From: Candidatus Nanopelagicales bacterium
GTDB lineage: Bacteria; Actinomycetota; Actinomycetes; S36-B12; JAWKJK01
Direction: 5' to 3'
DNA: 64,000 bases
Assembly: GCA_041393815.1 (NCBI GenBank)
Contig: JAWKJK010000006.1
Location: 19,002 to 83,001 of the forward strand
Shown here: piece by piece, positions 8,995 through 20,808 of the stretch
Numbering within the stretch: the first letter of the stretch is position 1
Layout of the letters: each line of letters begins with the position of its first letter
Translations under genes and position numbers: made by a program
Notes under the pieces: model-generated
Told to the model about the DNA's origin: nothing
Database searches by the model: none
Seen by the model: only the letters and a program-made list of their open reading frames with translations

Positions 8995-10286
8995 GCACGC
9001 CGATGCCGCCGGCCGAACCGGCGCCGCCGGTCCCCACGGTCGCGCTGCAGGAGCCGACCCGCCGCGTCAACGGGCTGTTCCTGGGGACCCTGGCGCTGGC
9101 CAACCTCGGGATCATGCTGGCGTTCTACACGCCCATCCAGAACCTGCTGCCCCGCATGTCGGAGGAGATCTCCGGGGCGGACGGCAAGGAGTTCGCCCTC
9201 GCGGTCGTCACCGGCGTCGGCGTGCTGGGCTCGGTCGTCGGCAACCCGCTGGCCGGTGCCCTGTCGGACCGGACGACCTCCCGCTTCGGCCGACGGCGGC
9301 CCTGGCTGCTCGGCGGCGCGATCGTCGGGGCGATCGCCGTGTCGCTGCTGACCCTGCAGTCCACCGTGCTCGGGCTGGCGATCACCTGGCTGTTCGCGCA
9401 GGTGTCGGTCAACTCCGCGTACGCGGCCCTCACCGCCACCATCCCGGACCAGGTCCCGGTGAACCAGCGCGGTGTCGCCTCCGGCTGGGTCGGGCTGGCG
9501 CAGACCCTCGGCATCGTGCTGGGCGTGGCCCTGGTGTCGTTCGTCGTCACCGGGCTGGCGGCCGGGCATTACCTGACCTCGGCGCTGCTGCTGCTGCTCG
9601 TGCTGCCGTTCCTCGCGGTGCTGAAGGACCCCGTGCTGCCCCGGGAGGACCGCGAGCCGTTCCACCTGGGCAGGTTCGTCAAGGGCTTCTGGGTCTCCCC
9701 GCGGCTGTACCCCGACTTCGCCTGGGCGTGGGGGGCGCGGTTCCTGGTCCAGCTCGGCAGCGCGATCGCGACGCTGTACCTGCTGTTCTTCCTCAAGGAC
9801 CGCATCGGCCTGGACGACACCGCGGCCCAGCAGAACCAGACGATCCTCATCGGCCTGTACGCCTTCGGGACCATGGCCACGGCCGTGGTCGGCGGGTACT
9901 TCTCCGACCGCAGCGGGCGGCGCAAGATCTTCGTCATCGAGGCCACCGTGGTCATGGCCGTCGCCGCGGTGATCCTGGCCTTCACCACCACGATCGGTCC
10001 GGCGTTCGTCGCCGCGCTCATCCTCGGGCTGGGCTACGGCTGGTACCTCGCCGTCGACCAGGCGCTGATCACCCAGGTGCTGCCGGCCGCCCGCGACCGC
10101 GCCCGCGACCTGGGGGTCATCAACATCGCCAACTCCGCGCCGCAGGTGCTGGCCCCGGTCATCGCGCTGGCCGCGCTGACGGTCTTCGGCCGGGACGACT
10201 TCGGCTACCCCGCGCTGTACATCGTGACCGCGATCGTGACCCTGCTCGGTGCGGTCGCGATCGTGCCGATCAAGTCCGTCCCCTGA
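8991..10286 (+). CDS. MFS (glycoside/cation symporter-like) transporter
   Basis: GTG 8991 overlaps the GH1 stop (GTGA). Polytopic protein with the 'GALSDRTTSRFGRRRPW' loop typical of GPH/MFS sugar transporters. Confidence 0.8.
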   Translation: MSTPMPPAEPAPPVPTVALQEPTRRVNGLFLGTLALANLGIMLAFYTPIQNLLPRMSEEISGADGKEFALAVVTGVGVLGSVVGNPLAGALSDRTTSRFGRRRPWLLGGAIVGAIAVSLLTLQSTVLGLAITWLFAQVSVNSAYAALTATIPDQVPVNQRGVASGWVGLAQTLGIVLGVALVSFVVTGLAAGHYLTSALLLLLVLPFLAVLKDPVLPREDREPFHLGRFVKGFWVSPRLYPDFAWAWGARFLVQLGSAIATLYLLFFLKDRIGLDDTAAQQNQTILIGLYAFGTMATAVVGGYFSDRSGRRKIFVIEATVVMAVAAVILAFTTTIGPAFVAALILGLGYGWYLAVDQALITQVLPAARDRARDLGVINIANSAPQVLAPVIALAALTVFGRDDFGYPALYIVTAIVTLLGAVAIVPIKSVP

Positions 10287-10451
10287 CCCGACCCGGGGTT
10301 GTCCCGGGGGGAGGGCTCCGGTAACCGGACGAATCGCCCGGAACGACCCCGCGGATGCGGGCGTCGGACCAGGTGCGGGTCACAATGGCTGTGTCCCCCT
10401 GGCCTTGCGTCGCCTTCCCCGGTGACCGTCCCGACCGCGAGGAGCCCACGC

Positions 10452-12329
10452 GTGCGCCGTGCCCGCAGCCGACGCCCCGTCCGTCCCCGCAGCCGCGTCG
10501 CCGCGTTGCTGTCCACCGTGCTGGCCGCCGCCCTCGCGGTGGGCCTCATGGTGGGTCCGCCGGCATCCGCGGACGAGCCCACCGTCCCTCCGAAGCGGAT
10601 CCTCACCGGCTGGCTGCCGTACTGGACCAATGAGGCCTCGGTGACCAGCTTCCTGGCCAACGCGGACCTGTTCACCGAGATCTCCCCGTTCTGGCACACC
10701 GCCAAGTACTCCGCCGCCAACGGGGTGTCCATCGGCAACTACCTCCCGGACGGCACCCGGCGCGCGCTGCTGGCGCGGCTGAAGACCGCCGGGGTCCCCA
10801 TCGTGCCCTCGATCACCGACGGGACCGCCGCGAAGCGGATGGCCAAGATCCTGGCCGACCCGCAGCAGCGGGCCACCCACGTCCGGCAGATCGTGGACCT
10901 GGTGCTGGCCGAGGGATACGACGGCATCGACCTGGACTACGAGAAGTTCGCGTTCTCCGACGGCCGCGCCACCTGGGCCACCACCCGGCCGCTGTGGGTC
11001 ACCTTCATGACCGAGCTCGGCCAGGCCCTGCACGCCGAGGGCAAGCTGCTGACGACCGCCGTCCCGCCGCCGTGCGACACCGCGGTGCGCTGCGGCGGCA
11101 CCAACGGCTACTGGGTCTACGACATCGAGGGCATCGCCCCGGCGGTCGACCGGATCCGGATCATGGCGTACGACTTCTCCTGGTCCACGCCGGGACCGAT
11201 CGGCCCCTACTGGTGGGCCCGCGGGATCGCCGAGTACGCCGCCTCCGTGATCGACCCGAAGAAGGTGCAGATCGGCGTGCCGACGTACGGCCGCAACTGG
11301 GTGCGTCGCGACACCGGCGACCAGGATGGCGACGGCAACAAGACCGAGTACCTGATGACGGGGAAGTGCCCCACGAACGGCACCGACGCCGGCACGAAGG
11401 AGAAGGCCGCGTACCGGACGATCACGACGACCACCGCTCCGGACGCGGCGGAGATCCCCGGGCTGCGCGCCGCTCGCGGCTACCCGGACATCCAGTGGGA
11501 CGACCGGCACAAGGAGGAGTGGTTCCGCTACACCCTCACGACCACCTGGACCGACGACGACGGCACCTCGAAGCGCTGCACCGCCTACCGCGAGGTCTGG
11601 TACAACGACGCCACCGCCGTTCTGCCGCGGGTCCGGACGGTCGGCGACCTCGGACTCGGCGGCGCCGCGTTCTGGACCGTCGGTGGGGAGGACCCGAAGC
11701 AGTGGGACGAGCTGCGCGCGTACGCGCAGGGCCTCGCACCGGCGACGACGTCGGTCGACGTGACCGCGCCCGCGACGGCCTCGTTCGGCGACCCGGTCAC
11801 GGTGACCGCGAGCGTGTCGGCCGCCAAGCAGCCGGTCGGGGGCGCCACGGCGACCCTGCGCTGGCGGGCCAAGGCCGGCGGCTCCTGGGCCAAGGTGGCC
11901 TCGGCGGCGACCGCCGACGACGGCACCGTCACGTTCGACGTGACCCCGAAGGGCTCCGGCTCCTGGCGGGTCACCGTCGCGGGCTCCGACGTCCGCAAGC
12001 CGGGCGACAGCGGCGCGGCCGCGTCGACCACCGTGCGCGCCAAGGTCACGGCCCGGCTGAAGACCGCCACAGTGAAGGCCGGCACCCGGTTCCGCGTCTA
12101 CGGCCGGGTGGCGCCGGGCCAGGCGAACCAGCCGGTGCGCGTCCAGGTGCTGCGGTCCGGGACCTGGCGCACCACCGCCGTGGTCAAGGCCAACGCCCGC
12201 GGCCTGCTCGCGGCGGCGCTGCCGTCCGCGCGCACCCCCGGGACGTACTCCTACCGCCTGGTGAGCACCGCGACCTCGAAGGTGGCCCCGGGCTACTCCC
12301 CGACGCTGGAGCTCACCGCGACCTCCTGA
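10452..12329 (+). CDS. Secreted GH18 (chitinase-like) glycosyl hydrolase with C-terminal Ig-like repeats
   Basis: GTG 10452 gives an Arg-rich n-region and signal peptide (RVAALLSTVLAAALAVGLMVGPPASA). The GH18 catalytic motif DGIDLDYE (DxxDxDxE) is present. The C-terminal ~200 aa are beta-rich repeats. Confidence 0.85.
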   Translation: MRRARSRRPVRPRSRVAALLSTVLAAALAVGLMVGPPASADEPTVPPKRILTGWLPYWTNEASVTSFLANADLFTEISPFWHTAKYSAANGVSIGNYLPDGTRRALLARLKTAGVPIVPSITDGTAAKRMAKILADPQQRATHVRQIVDLVLAEGYDGIDLDYEKFAFSDGRATWATTRPLWVTFMTELGQALHAEGKLLTTAVPPPCDTAVRCGGTNGYWVYDIEGIAPAVDRIRIMAYDFSWSTPGPIGPYWWARGIAEYAASVIDPKKVQIGVPTYGRNWVRRDTGDQDGDGNKTEYLMTGKCPTNGTDAGTKEKAAYRTITTTTAPDAAEIPGLRAARGYPDIQWDDRHKEEWFRYTLTTTWTDDDGTSKRCTAYREVWYNDATAVLPRVRTVGDLGLGGAAFWTVGGEDPKQWDELRAYAQGLAPATTSVDVTAPATASFGDPVTVTASVSAAKQPVGGATATLRWRAKAGGSWAKVASAATADDGTVTFDVTPKGSGSWRVTVAGSDVRKPGDSGAAASTTVRAKVTARLKTATVKAGTRFRVYGRVAPGQANQPVRVQVLRSGTWRTTAVVKANARGLLAAALPSARTPGTYSYRLVSTATSKVAPGYSPTLELTATS

Positions 12330-12419
12330 CCACCCCCCGCCACCCCGCTGGTGGAACCTCTGACCAGCTCCCAGCCCCTCGGGCGTGGTTGTACGTGCCA
12401 CTTGGTGGGGCGGTCGTGG

Positions 12420-14171
12420 TCAGCGGGGGGCTAGGGGCTCCAGGCACACGTCCGGCAGGTCGAACCAGCGCAGGTGCTCGAAGTCCGGGCTCACCGCCAC
12501 CCCGCCGCTCTCGGCGGGCAGTGCGTCCGGCCGGGAGGCCATCAGCCGGCGCGCCTCGGCCAGGTAGTCCGCCAGGGCGGACTCCGGCGCGGTGTCGTCC
12601 TGCTGGGGGTAGACCAGGCGGCCGTCCGCGTCGTAGCTGAGCTGCGACAGCCGCAGCGGGGGCTCGACCGGGCCGTTGCGGTGCCGCCACAGCCCCGACG
12701 CGGGGTCGAACCGGTAGTCCGGCAGCAGCCGCCAGCCCTCGTCGGCGATGAGCGACACCGCGTCGACGACGTACCGGAAGACGGTCTCGGAGATGAAGTA
12801 GTTGAAGTTGACCCGCACCCAGCCGGGCTTGATCCCCTCGCAGCCGTGGGTGATCTCGCGCTCGAACTCGTGGCTGCGCTCGAGGTCGATGCCCAGCAGC
12901 CGGTGACCGTAGGGCCCCGCGCACGAGCAGCCGCCGCGGGACTGGATGCCGAACAGGTCGTTGAGGATCGCGACGACCAGGTTGTGGTGCAGGTAGCGGC
13001 CACCGGGCCGCCGGATCACGAAGGACACGATCGACAGCCGCTCGGCGTCCACGTTGCCGAGGATCTGGATGTCCGGGTGCGCGCTCCACGCCGCCACCGC
13101 GCGGCGGACGAAGTCGTCCTCGTGAGCGCGGATCACGTCGACGCCGACGGCCTCCTTCAGCTGGAAGACGAGCCCCGCGCGGATGGACTCCACGATCGCC
13201 GGGGTCCCGGCCTCCTCCCGGTGCTCCGGACTGTCGAGGTAGACGTGCTCGGTCGGGTTCACGTAGGCGACCGTCCCGCCGCCGACGGCCTCCGGCACCG
13301 TGTTGGTGATGACCTCACGCCGCGCCAGCAGCAGGCCCGGCGTCCCCGGTCCGCCGATGAACTTGTGCGGGGACAGCATGATGGCGTCCTTGTACGCCAG
13401 CGGGTGCTCCGTGCAACGCGGGTTCATGTCGATGTCGACGTACGGCGCGGCCGCCGCGTAGTCCCACAGCGACAGCGCACCGTGCTCGTGCAGCACCTGG
13501 GCGATCGTGTGGGTGTCGGTCATGATCCCGGTGACGTTGCTCGCGGCGCTGAACGAGCCGATCTTCAGCGGCCGGTCGGCGTAGCGCTCCAGCTCCGACC
13601 GCAGCTGGTCCACGTCGATGTGGCCGTCGGCGTCCTCGTGGATGGTGACGACGTCGGCGATGGACTCCCGCCACGGCAGCTCGTTGCTGTGGTGCTCGTA
13701 CGGCCCGATGAAGACGACCGGTCGCTGGTCGGCGGGGATCTGCTCGGAGAAGTGGTAGGTCCGGTCCAGGTCGGCCGGCAGCCGCAGGTTGAGGATGCCG
13801 ACCAGCTTGTTGATCGCGGCGGTGGACCCCGAGCCGCAGAAGATCACGCAGGTGTCGTCGTCGCCGTTGACCGCGCGCCGGATGATCGTGCGGGCGTCCT
13901 CGCGCAGCCGGGTGGTCTGCAGGCCGGTGCCGCTGGACTCGGTGTGGGTGTTGGCGTAGCGCGGCAGGACCTCGTCGCGGATGAAGTCCTCGAGGAAGCT
14001 CAGGGCCCGGCCGCTGGCGGTGTAGTCCGCGTACGTCACCCGCCGCGGGCCGTACGGCCCCCACATCACCTGGTCGTCCCCGATGACCGAGGCCCGGATG
14101 CGTTCCAGCAGCGGGGGTTCGGGCAGCCCGGGTGAGGGCGGGGGGACCTGGTCCGTGCGCTGCTGCGACAT
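12420..14171 (-). CDS. Aminotransferase class V-fold PLP-dependent enzyme (583 aa, cysteine-desulfurase-like)
   Basis: Contains 'YANTHTESSGTG' and the PLP-lysine motif 'LSPHKFIGGPGTPG'. It carries a long C-terminal extension. Confidence 0.8.
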   Translation of the reverse strand: MSQQRTDQVPPPSPGLPEPPLLERIRASVIGDDQVMWGPYGPRRVTYADYTASGRALSFLEDFIRDEVLPRYANTHTESSGTGLQTTRLREDARTIIRRAVNGDDDTCVIFCGSGSTAAINKLVGILNLRLPADLDRTYHFSEQIPADQRPVVFIGPYEHHSNELPWRESIADVVTIHEDADGHIDVDQLRSELERYADRPLKIGSFSAASNVTGIMTDTHTIAQVLHEHGALSLWDYAAAAPYVDIDMNPRCTEHPLAYKDAIMLSPHKFIGGPGTPGLLLARREVITNTVPEAVGGGTVAYVNPTEHVYLDSPEHREEAGTPAIVESIRAGLVFQLKEAVGVDVIRAHEDDFVRRAVAAWSAHPDIQILGNVDAERLSIVSFVIRRPGGRYLHHNLVVAILNDLFGIQSRGGCSCAGPYGHRLLGIDLERSHEFEREITHGCEGIKPGWVRVNFNYFISETVFRYVVDAVSLIADEGWRLLPDYRFDPASGLWRHRNGPVEPPLRLSQLSYDADGRLVYPQQDDTAPESALADYLAEARRLMASRPDALPAESGGVAVSPDFEHLRWFDLPDVCLEPLAPR

Positions 14172-14239
14172 GCCCGCAGCGTACGGCCGACCGCGGTGGC
14201 CATGCCTGCCGCTCGGTGTCGCCGTGACACGATGGGCCG

Positions 14240-14530
14240 GTGAGCACGGCGCCGGTGGAGCTCGAGCGCCCCGAGACGGAGGGCGTGCTCGCCCCTGAGC
14301 ATCCGTGGGTCACCATCGTCTGGAACGACCCGGTGAACCTGATGTCCTACGTCACCTACGTGTTCATGACCTACTTCGGCTACGGCCGGGACAAGGCCGA
14401 GTCGCTGATGTGGGACGTGCACTCCAAGGGCCGGGCGGTCGTGTCGGCCGGGACCCGGGAGGAGATGGAGCGGGACGTGACCGCGATGCACTCGTACGGG
14501 CTGTGGGCGACCCTGCAGAAGGACGACTGA
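14240..14530 (+). CDS. clpS: ATP-dependent Clp protease adaptor ClpS
   Basis: '[22 protein letters not shown]...[16 protein letters not shown]' is the ClpS core. Confidence 0.95.
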   Translation: MSTAPVELERPETEGVLAPEHPWVTIVWNDPVNLMSYVTYVFMTYFGYGRDKAESLMWDVHSKGRAVVSAGTREEMERDVTAMHSYGLWATLQKDD

Positions 14531-14532
14531 CC

Positions 14533-15084
14533 GTGGCGGTCCACGGCTTCCGGCGCACGGCCACGGGCCGGATCGTGCTGCGGGTCGACGACGTCGAGAA
14601 GGGCCTGCTGGGGCTGCTGCTGACCCAGCTGGAGGACTTCGTCGCCCCCGAGGACCCCGACCCGGACGCCGACCCGCTGGAGGCGCTGGTCGGGATGGGC
14701 GGCGACGGGGACCGCCCGGAGGACCCGGCCCTCGCCCGGCTCTTCCCGGACGCCTACCCGGAGGACGACGGCGCGTCGGAGGAGTTCCGGCGGTTCACCG
14801 AGACCGCTCTGCGGGAGGGCAAGGTCGCGGCCGCCCGCACCGCCCGAGCGACGCTGGAGGCCTCGGGGGAGAAGGTCGTCCTCACCGCGGACCAGGCGCA
14901 GGCCTGGCTGGGCGCGCTGAACGACCTGCGGCTCACGCTCGGCACCCGGCTCGGCGTCACCGAGGACGCCCCCGACGTGCTCGCCGGGCTCCCCGACGAC
15001 GACCCTCGGGCCGCGACCTATCACGTGTACGACTGGCTGACCTTCCTGCAGGACAGCCTGGTCGGCGCGCTCATGCCCTCCTGA
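14533..15084 (+). CDS. DUF2017 domain-containing protein
   Basis: Acidic protein immediately after clpS, in the position usual for DUF2017 in actinobacteria. The GTG 14533 start is uncertain by a few codons. Confidence 0.65.
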   Translation: MAVHGFRRTATGRIVLRVDDVEKGLLGLLLTQLEDFVAPEDPDPDADPLEALVGMGGDGDRPEDPALARLFPDAYPEDDGASEEFRRFTETALREGKVAAARTARATLEASGEKVVLTADQAQAWLGALNDLRLTLGTRLGVTEDAPDVLAGLPDDDPRAATYHVYDWLTFLQDSLVGALMPS

Positions 15085-15098
15085 TCCCGCGTGGGAGC

Positions 15099-15527
15099 AT
15101 GACGCCCATGCTCGAGATCCGCCAGGACCTGGTCGACGCGATCGTGGCGCACGCGCGCCGCGACCACCCGGACGAGGCGTGCGGCGTCGTCGCCGGACCC
15201 GAGGGCAGCGACCGCCCGGAGCGGCACGTGCCGATGCTCAACGCGGCCCGTTCCACCACGTTCTACGAGTTCGACTCCGGGGACCTGCTGCGGCTGTACC
15301 GCGAGATGGACGAGCGCGGCGAGGAGCCGGTGGTGATCTACCACTCGCACACCGCCACCGAGGCCTACCCGTCGCGCACCGACGTCTCGCTGGCGATGGA
15401 GCCGAACGCGCACTACGTGCTCGTCTCCACCAGGGAGACCGGTCCGCAGGACGGCCCATACGAGTTCCGGTCCTTCCGGATCGTCGACGGGGAGGTCACC
15501 GAGGAGGAGGTCGCGGTCACGGGCTGA
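15099..15527 (+). CDS. mec: JAMM/MPN+ metalloprotease Mec (CysO-cysteine peptidase)
   Basis: SD GGGAG lies before the ATG. Exact JAMM motif HSHTATEAYPSRTD (HxHx7Sx2D). Synteny with cysO and cysM. Confidence 0.9.
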   Translation: MTPMLEIRQDLVDAIVAHARRDHPDEACGVVAGPEGSDRPERHVPMLNAARSTTFYEFDSGDLLRLYREMDERGEEPVVIYHSHTATEAYPSRTDVSLAMEPNAHYVLVSTRETGPQDGPYEFRSFRIVDGEVTEEEVAVTG

Positions 15528-16435
15528 CCGCACGGCCGCCGGGCCTTCCCGCGCCGGCCGTCCCCGCGCATACTCACCCCATCGACATCCCCTCGCCCGA
15601 GCAGCGCAGCGCGGCCGTCGCCGCGCTCTTCGACCGCGTCGCGGACACGTACGACGCGGTCGACGTGCCGTGGTTCCGCCCCGTCGCGGAGGCCCTTGTC
15701 GCGGCCGCCGAGCCGAGGCCGGGGGAGCGTGCCGTGGACATCGGGGTCGGCCGCGGCGCGGCGCTGTTCCCGCTCGCGGCAGCGGTCGGTCCGGCCGGGT
15801 CGGTGACCGGGTTCGACCTGTCCGCGGGCATGGTCGCCGCGACCGAGGCGGAGGCGCGCGACCGAGGCCTCGCGCACGTGCGCCTCGCCGTGCTGGACGC
15901 GAGCGACCCGAGCCTGCCACCGGACTCCTTCGACGTGGCGGTGGCCTCGCTGGTGCTGTTCTTCCTGCCCGACCCGGTCTCCGCGCTGCGGGCGTGGCGG
16001 GAGCTGCTGGTGCCGGGTGGGCGGCTGGCGGTGAGCACCTTCGGCCAGCAGGATCCCCGGTGGGAGCGCGCCGAGGAGGCGTTCCGGCCCTACCTCCCCC
16101 CGCACCTGCTGGACGCCCGTACCTCGGGGAGCAGCGGACCGTTCGCGACCGACGCCGGGGTCGAGAGCCTGCTGCTGGACGCGGGCTACGCGGACGTCCG
16201 CACCACCGGCTTCAGCCTGGACGTGCGGTTCCGGGACGCGGGCCACTGGTTCGACTGGACCTGGTCCCACGGCATGCGGGGACTGTGGGAGTGGGTTCCG
16301 GAGGGCGAGCGGGAGGGGCTGCGGGACCGGATGGTCGCCGACGTGGGGGCCGAGCCGGACGGGTCGCTCACGATGACCCAGGAGGTCCGCCTCACGCTGG
16401 GGACCCGTCCACGGCCCGGGGCTCCCGCGGGCTGA
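15524..16435 (+). CDS. Class I SAM-dependent methyltransferase (start codon unresolved)
   Basis: 'FDRVADTYD' followed by SAM motif I 'VDIGVGRGA' and 'LVPGGRLAVSTFG'. No in-frame ATG, GTG or TTG lies between the mec stop and the conserved N-terminus. Start candidates are CTG 15524 (CTGA overlap with the mec stop) or ATC 15581. Confidence 0.7.
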   Translation: MTARPPGLPAPAVPAHTHPIDIPSPEQRSAAVAALFDRVADTYDAVDVPWFRPVAEALVAAAEPRPGERAVDIGVGRGAALFPLAAAVGPAGSVTGFDLSAGMVAATEAEARDRGLAHVRLAVLDASDPSLPPDSFDVAVASLVLFFLPDPVSALRAWRELLVPGGRLAVSTFGQQDPRWERAEEAFRPYLPPHLLDARTSGSSGPFATDAGVESLLLDAGYADVRTTGFSLDVRFRDAGHWFDWTWSHGMRGLWEWVPEGEREGLRDRMVADVGAEPDGSLTMTQEVRLTLGTRPRPGAPAG

Positions 16436-16446
16436 GGCGGCGGCGG

Positions 16447-16473
16447 GGAATGACGGGGCCTACCCTGGACGTT
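16447..16473 (+). promoter_or_regulatory. Candidate SigH/SigR-type (ECF, thiol-stress) promoter upstream of cysO-cysM
   Basis: GGAAT (16447-16451), a 19-nt spacer, then GTT (16471-16473), about 90 nt upstream of the cysO ATG. This resembles the GGAAT-N18-GTT consensus. The mec-cysO-cysM genes are SigH-dependent in M. tuberculosis. Confidence 0.4.
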
Positions 16474-16491
16474 CCGCACCGCAGCACCTGA

Positions 16492-17781
<1,290 letters not shown>

Positions 17782-17787
17782 CCGGCG

Positions 17788-18597
17788 ATGGCGGACGCAC
17801 CCCTGGGCATCTTCGACTCCGGCGTGGGCGGGCTCACCGTGGCCCGCGCCGTGCTCGACCAGCTCCCGCACGAGCCGGTGCTGTACGTCGGTGACACCGC
17901 CCGCGGCCCGTACGGCCCGCTGCCGATCGCGCAGGTGCGCGCGTACGCCCTCGACGTCATGGACCACCTCGTCGACGAGGGCGTGAAGGCGTTGGTGATC
18001 GCCTGCAACTCCGCCAGCGCGGCGGTGCTGCGCGACGCCCGGGAGCGCTACGACGTGCCGGTGATCGAGGTGGTGCAGCCGGCCGTGCGACGGGCCGTGT
18101 CCGCGACCCGAAACGGCCGGGTCGGGGTCATCGGCACCCGGGCGACGATCACGTCGAAGGCGTACGACGACGCGTTCGCGGCCGCCACCCACCTGGACAT
18201 CTCGTCCCGGGCCTGCCCGCGCTTCGTCGAGTTCGTCGAGGCGGGGGTGACCGGCGGCGACGAGCTGCTCGCGGTGGCACACGACTACCTCGACCCGCTG
18301 GTGTCGGCCGACGTCGACACCCTGGTGCTGGGGTGCACGCACTACCCGCTGCTCACCGGCGTCATCTCCTACGTCATGGGCGAGGACGTGACGCTGGTGT
18401 CCAGCGCGGAGGAGACGGCGAAGGACGTCTACCGCACCCTGGTCGCGCACGACCTGCTGCGCGACCCGTCGTTGCCCGAGCCCGAGCACCGGTTCCTCGC
18501 CACCGGGGACCCCGAACCGTTCGAGCGTCTCGGCCGCCGGTTCCTCGGCCCGGAGATCGGCGCCGTCGGCAGCGCGTCGCGACTGCTGACGGTGTGA
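17788..18597 (+). CDS. murI: Glutamate racemase
   Basis: '[11 protein letters not shown]' plus the catalytic cysteines in 'IACNSASA' and 'GCTHYPLL'. Confidence 0.95.
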   Translation: MADAPLGIFDSGVGGLTVARAVLDQLPHEPVLYVGDTARGPYGPLPIAQVRAYALDVMDHLVDEGVKALVIACNSASAAVLRDARERYDVPVIEVVQPAVRRAVSATRNGRVGVIGTRATITSKAYDDAFAAATHLDISSRACPRFVEFVEAGVTGGDELLAVAHDYLDPLVSADVDTLVLGCTHYPLLTGVISYVMGEDVTLVSSAEETAKDVYRTLVAHDLLRDPSLPEPEHRFLATGDPEPFERLGRRFLGPEIGAVGSASRLLTV

Positions 18598-18655
18598 GCC
18601 CGCGCAGCGGGCGATACCCTCGCGCAATGGTGCGGGGACGGCGGCCGGGGGCGGC

Positions 18656-19399
18656 ATGGACCTGACGGTCGTCGGGTGCGCCGGATCCTTCCCCGGGCCT
18701 GACTCCCCGGCGTCGTGCTACCTGGTGGAGCACCAGGGCTTCCGGGTCCTGCTGGACCTCGGCAACGGCTCCCTCGGCGCGCTGCAGCGCTACGCGGACC
18801 TGGAGCTGATCGACGCGGTGCTGCTGACGCACCTGCACGTCGACCATTGCATCGACCTCGCGTCGTACTACGTCGCGCGGCGCTACCACCCGGAGGGTCC
18901 CCGGCACGTGATCCCCGTGCTCGGCCCCACGGGGACCGCGGGCCGGATGGCGCGTGCCTACGACCTGCCCGAGAACCCGGGGATGACCGAGGAGTTCGAG
19001 TTCATCGACCACCTGCCCGGCCCGGTGGACCTGGGTCCGATGCGCATCACGACGACGCGGGTCAACCACCCGGTGGAGGCGTACGCGATCCGCATCGACG
19101 CGGGCGGGCGGAGCATCGTCTACTCCGGCGACACCGGGCCCAGCGACGCGCTCGTGGAGCTCGCGGCGGGGGCCGACCTGGCCCTGTTCGAGGCCTCGTT
19201 CCTGGAGGGTGACAACCCGCCGGACCTGCACCTGACCGCTCGGGAGGCGGCCGAGCACGCCCGCAAGGCCGAGGTGGGGCACCTGGTGCTGACCCACCTG
19301 GTCGCCTGGAACCCGCGCGACGCCACCCGGGAGCAGGCCGGCCGGGCGTACGACGGCGCCTTCGACCTGGCCCGCGTCGGGACCACGTACCAGGTGTAG
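18656..19399 (+). CDS. MBL-fold metallo-hydrolase
   Basis: '[10 protein letters not shown]' (HxHxDH motif). It occupies the conserved position between murI and rph. Confidence 0.85.
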   Translation: MDLTVVGCAGSFPGPDSPASCYLVEHQGFRVLLDLGNGSLGALQRYADLELIDAVLLTHLHVDHCIDLASYYVARRYHPEGPRHVIPVLGPTGTAGRMARAYDLPENPGMTEEFEFIDHLPGPVDLGPMRITTTRVNHPVEAYAIRIDAGGRSIVYSGDTGPSDALVELAAGADLALFEASFLEGDNPPDLHLTAREAAEHARKAEVGHLVLTHLVAWNPRDATREQAGRAYDGAFDLARVGTTYQV

Positions 19400-19424
19400 C
19401 GACGCTGCCTCTAGGGTCGGGCGC

Positions 19425-20171
19425 ATGACGCGATCCGACGGCCGCAGCGCCGACCAGCTCCGCCCGGTCACCTTCCAGCGCGGCTGGCTCGACCACGCCG
19501 AGGGATCGGTGCTGGTCGAGTTCGGGCGCACCCGGGTGCTGTGCGCCGCGTCGTTCACCTCCGGGGTCCCGCGCTGGCGCAAGGACTCCGGGCACGGCTG
19601 GGTCACCGCCGAGTACGCGATGCTGCCCCGCTCCACCACGACCCGGTCGGACCGGGAGTCGGTCAAGGGGCGCCTGGGCGGCCGCACCCAGGAGATCTCC
19701 CGGCTGGTCGGCCGCAGCCTGCGGGCCGTCGTCGACACGGGCGCGCTGGGGGAGAACACGATCCAGGTCGACTGCGACGTGCTGCAGGCCGACGGAGGCA
19801 CCCGCACCGCGGCCATCACCGGCGCGTACGTCGCGCTGGCCGACGCCCTGGCGTGGGCGCAGGGCGAGGGACTGGTGAAGGCCGGTCGCCAGCCGCTGGT
19901 CGGGTCCGTGGCCGCGGTGAGCGTCGGGATCGTCGAGGGCGAGCCGCGGCTGGACCTGCACTACGACGACGACGTGCGGGCCGACACCGACATGAACGTG
20001 GTCATGACCGGCGACGGGCGCTACGTCGAGGTGCAGGGCACGGCGGAGGGGGAGCCGTTCGACCGGCGCCTGCTGGACCGGCTGCTGTCCCTGGCCGAGG
20101 CCGGCTGCGCCGACCTCACGCGGATGCAGGCCGAGGCGCTGGCGCTGCCGCTGCCCGGGTCGCAGCCGTGA
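19425..20171 (+). CDS. rph: Ribonuclease PH
   Basis: '[13 protein letters not shown]', '[14 protein letters not shown]' and '[18 protein letters not shown]' are RNase PH signatures. Confidence 0.95.
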   Translation: MTRSDGRSADQLRPVTFQRGWLDHAEGSVLVEFGRTRVLCAASFTSGVPRWRKDSGHGWVTAEYAMLPRSTTTRSDRESVKGRLGGRTQEISRLVGRSLRAVVDTGALGENTIQVDCDVLQADGGTRTAAITGAYVALADALAWAQGEGLVKAGRQPLVGSVAAVSVGIVEGEPRLDLHYDDDVRADTDMNVVMTGDGRYVEVQGTAEGEPFDRRLLDRLLSLAEAGCADLTRMQAEALALPLPGSQP

Positions 20172-20791
20172 CGCAGCGCGTGGTGCTCGCGACCCGCAAC
20201 GCGCACAAGGTTGCCGAGCTGCGGCGGATCCTGGCCGAGGCGGGACTCGACGTGGAGCTGGTCGGGACGGACGCGTTTCCCGATCTGCCGGAGGTCCCGG
20301 AGACGGGGACGACGTTCGCGGCCAACGCCCTGCTCAAGGCCCGTGCGGCCGCGGCGGGGACCGGGCTGCCCGCGGTCGCCGACGACTCCGGGCTGTGCGT
20401 GGACGCGCTGAACGGGATGCCCGGGATCCTGTCCGCCCGCTGGGCCGGGCGGCACGGTGACGACGTCGCCAATCTCGAGCTGGTCCTGGACCAGCTGTCC
20501 GACGTGCCGGACGACCGGAGGGGCGCGCACTTCCTGTGCGCGGCGGCGGCTGTGCTGCCCCCGGAGTCCGACGGCGCGGCCGGGGAGGAGCGCGTCGTCG
20601 AGGGGACGATCGAGGGCTCGCTGATCCGGGTGCCGCGCGGGGACAACGGGTTCGGCTACGACCCGATCTTCGTGCCGTACGGCCACGACCGGACGACCGC
20701 CGAGATGGAGCCGGCGGAGAAGGACGCGATCAGCCACCGGGGTGCGGCGTTCCGGGCGCTCGTGCCCGTGCTGCGCGACCTGCTCGGCTGA
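20168..20791 (+). CDS. rdgB: Non-canonical purine NTP pyrophosphatase (dITP/XTP), RdgB/HAM1 family
   Basis: GTG 20168 overlaps the rph stop (GTGA). Contains '[16 protein letters not shown]', '[23 protein letters not shown]' and 'FGYDPIF'. Confidence 0.9.
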   Translation: MTQRVVLATRNAHKVAELRRILAEAGLDVELVGTDAFPDLPEVPETGTTFAANALLKARAAAAGTGLPAVADDSGLCVDALNGMPGILSARWAGRHGDDVANLELVLDQLSDVPDDRRGAHFLCAAAAVLPPESDGAAGEERVVEGTIEGSLIRVPRGDNGFGYDPIFVPYGHDRTTAEMEPAEKDAISHRGAAFRALVPVLRDLLG

Positions 20792-20808
20792 CCACGAGGA
20801 CCCGGACC

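Noticed and set aside
10287-10451. DasR (dre) or chitinase-box operator upstream of the GH18 gene
   Set aside because: Only a weak partial resemblance (GGACCAGGT) to ACTGGTCTAGACCACT / TGGTCCAGACCT was seen. This is not enough to call.
12330-12419. Terminator between the convergent GH18 and aminotransferase genes
   Set aside because: Only a 5-bp stem (CCACC-ccgct-GGTGG) is present, which is too weak to report as a feature.
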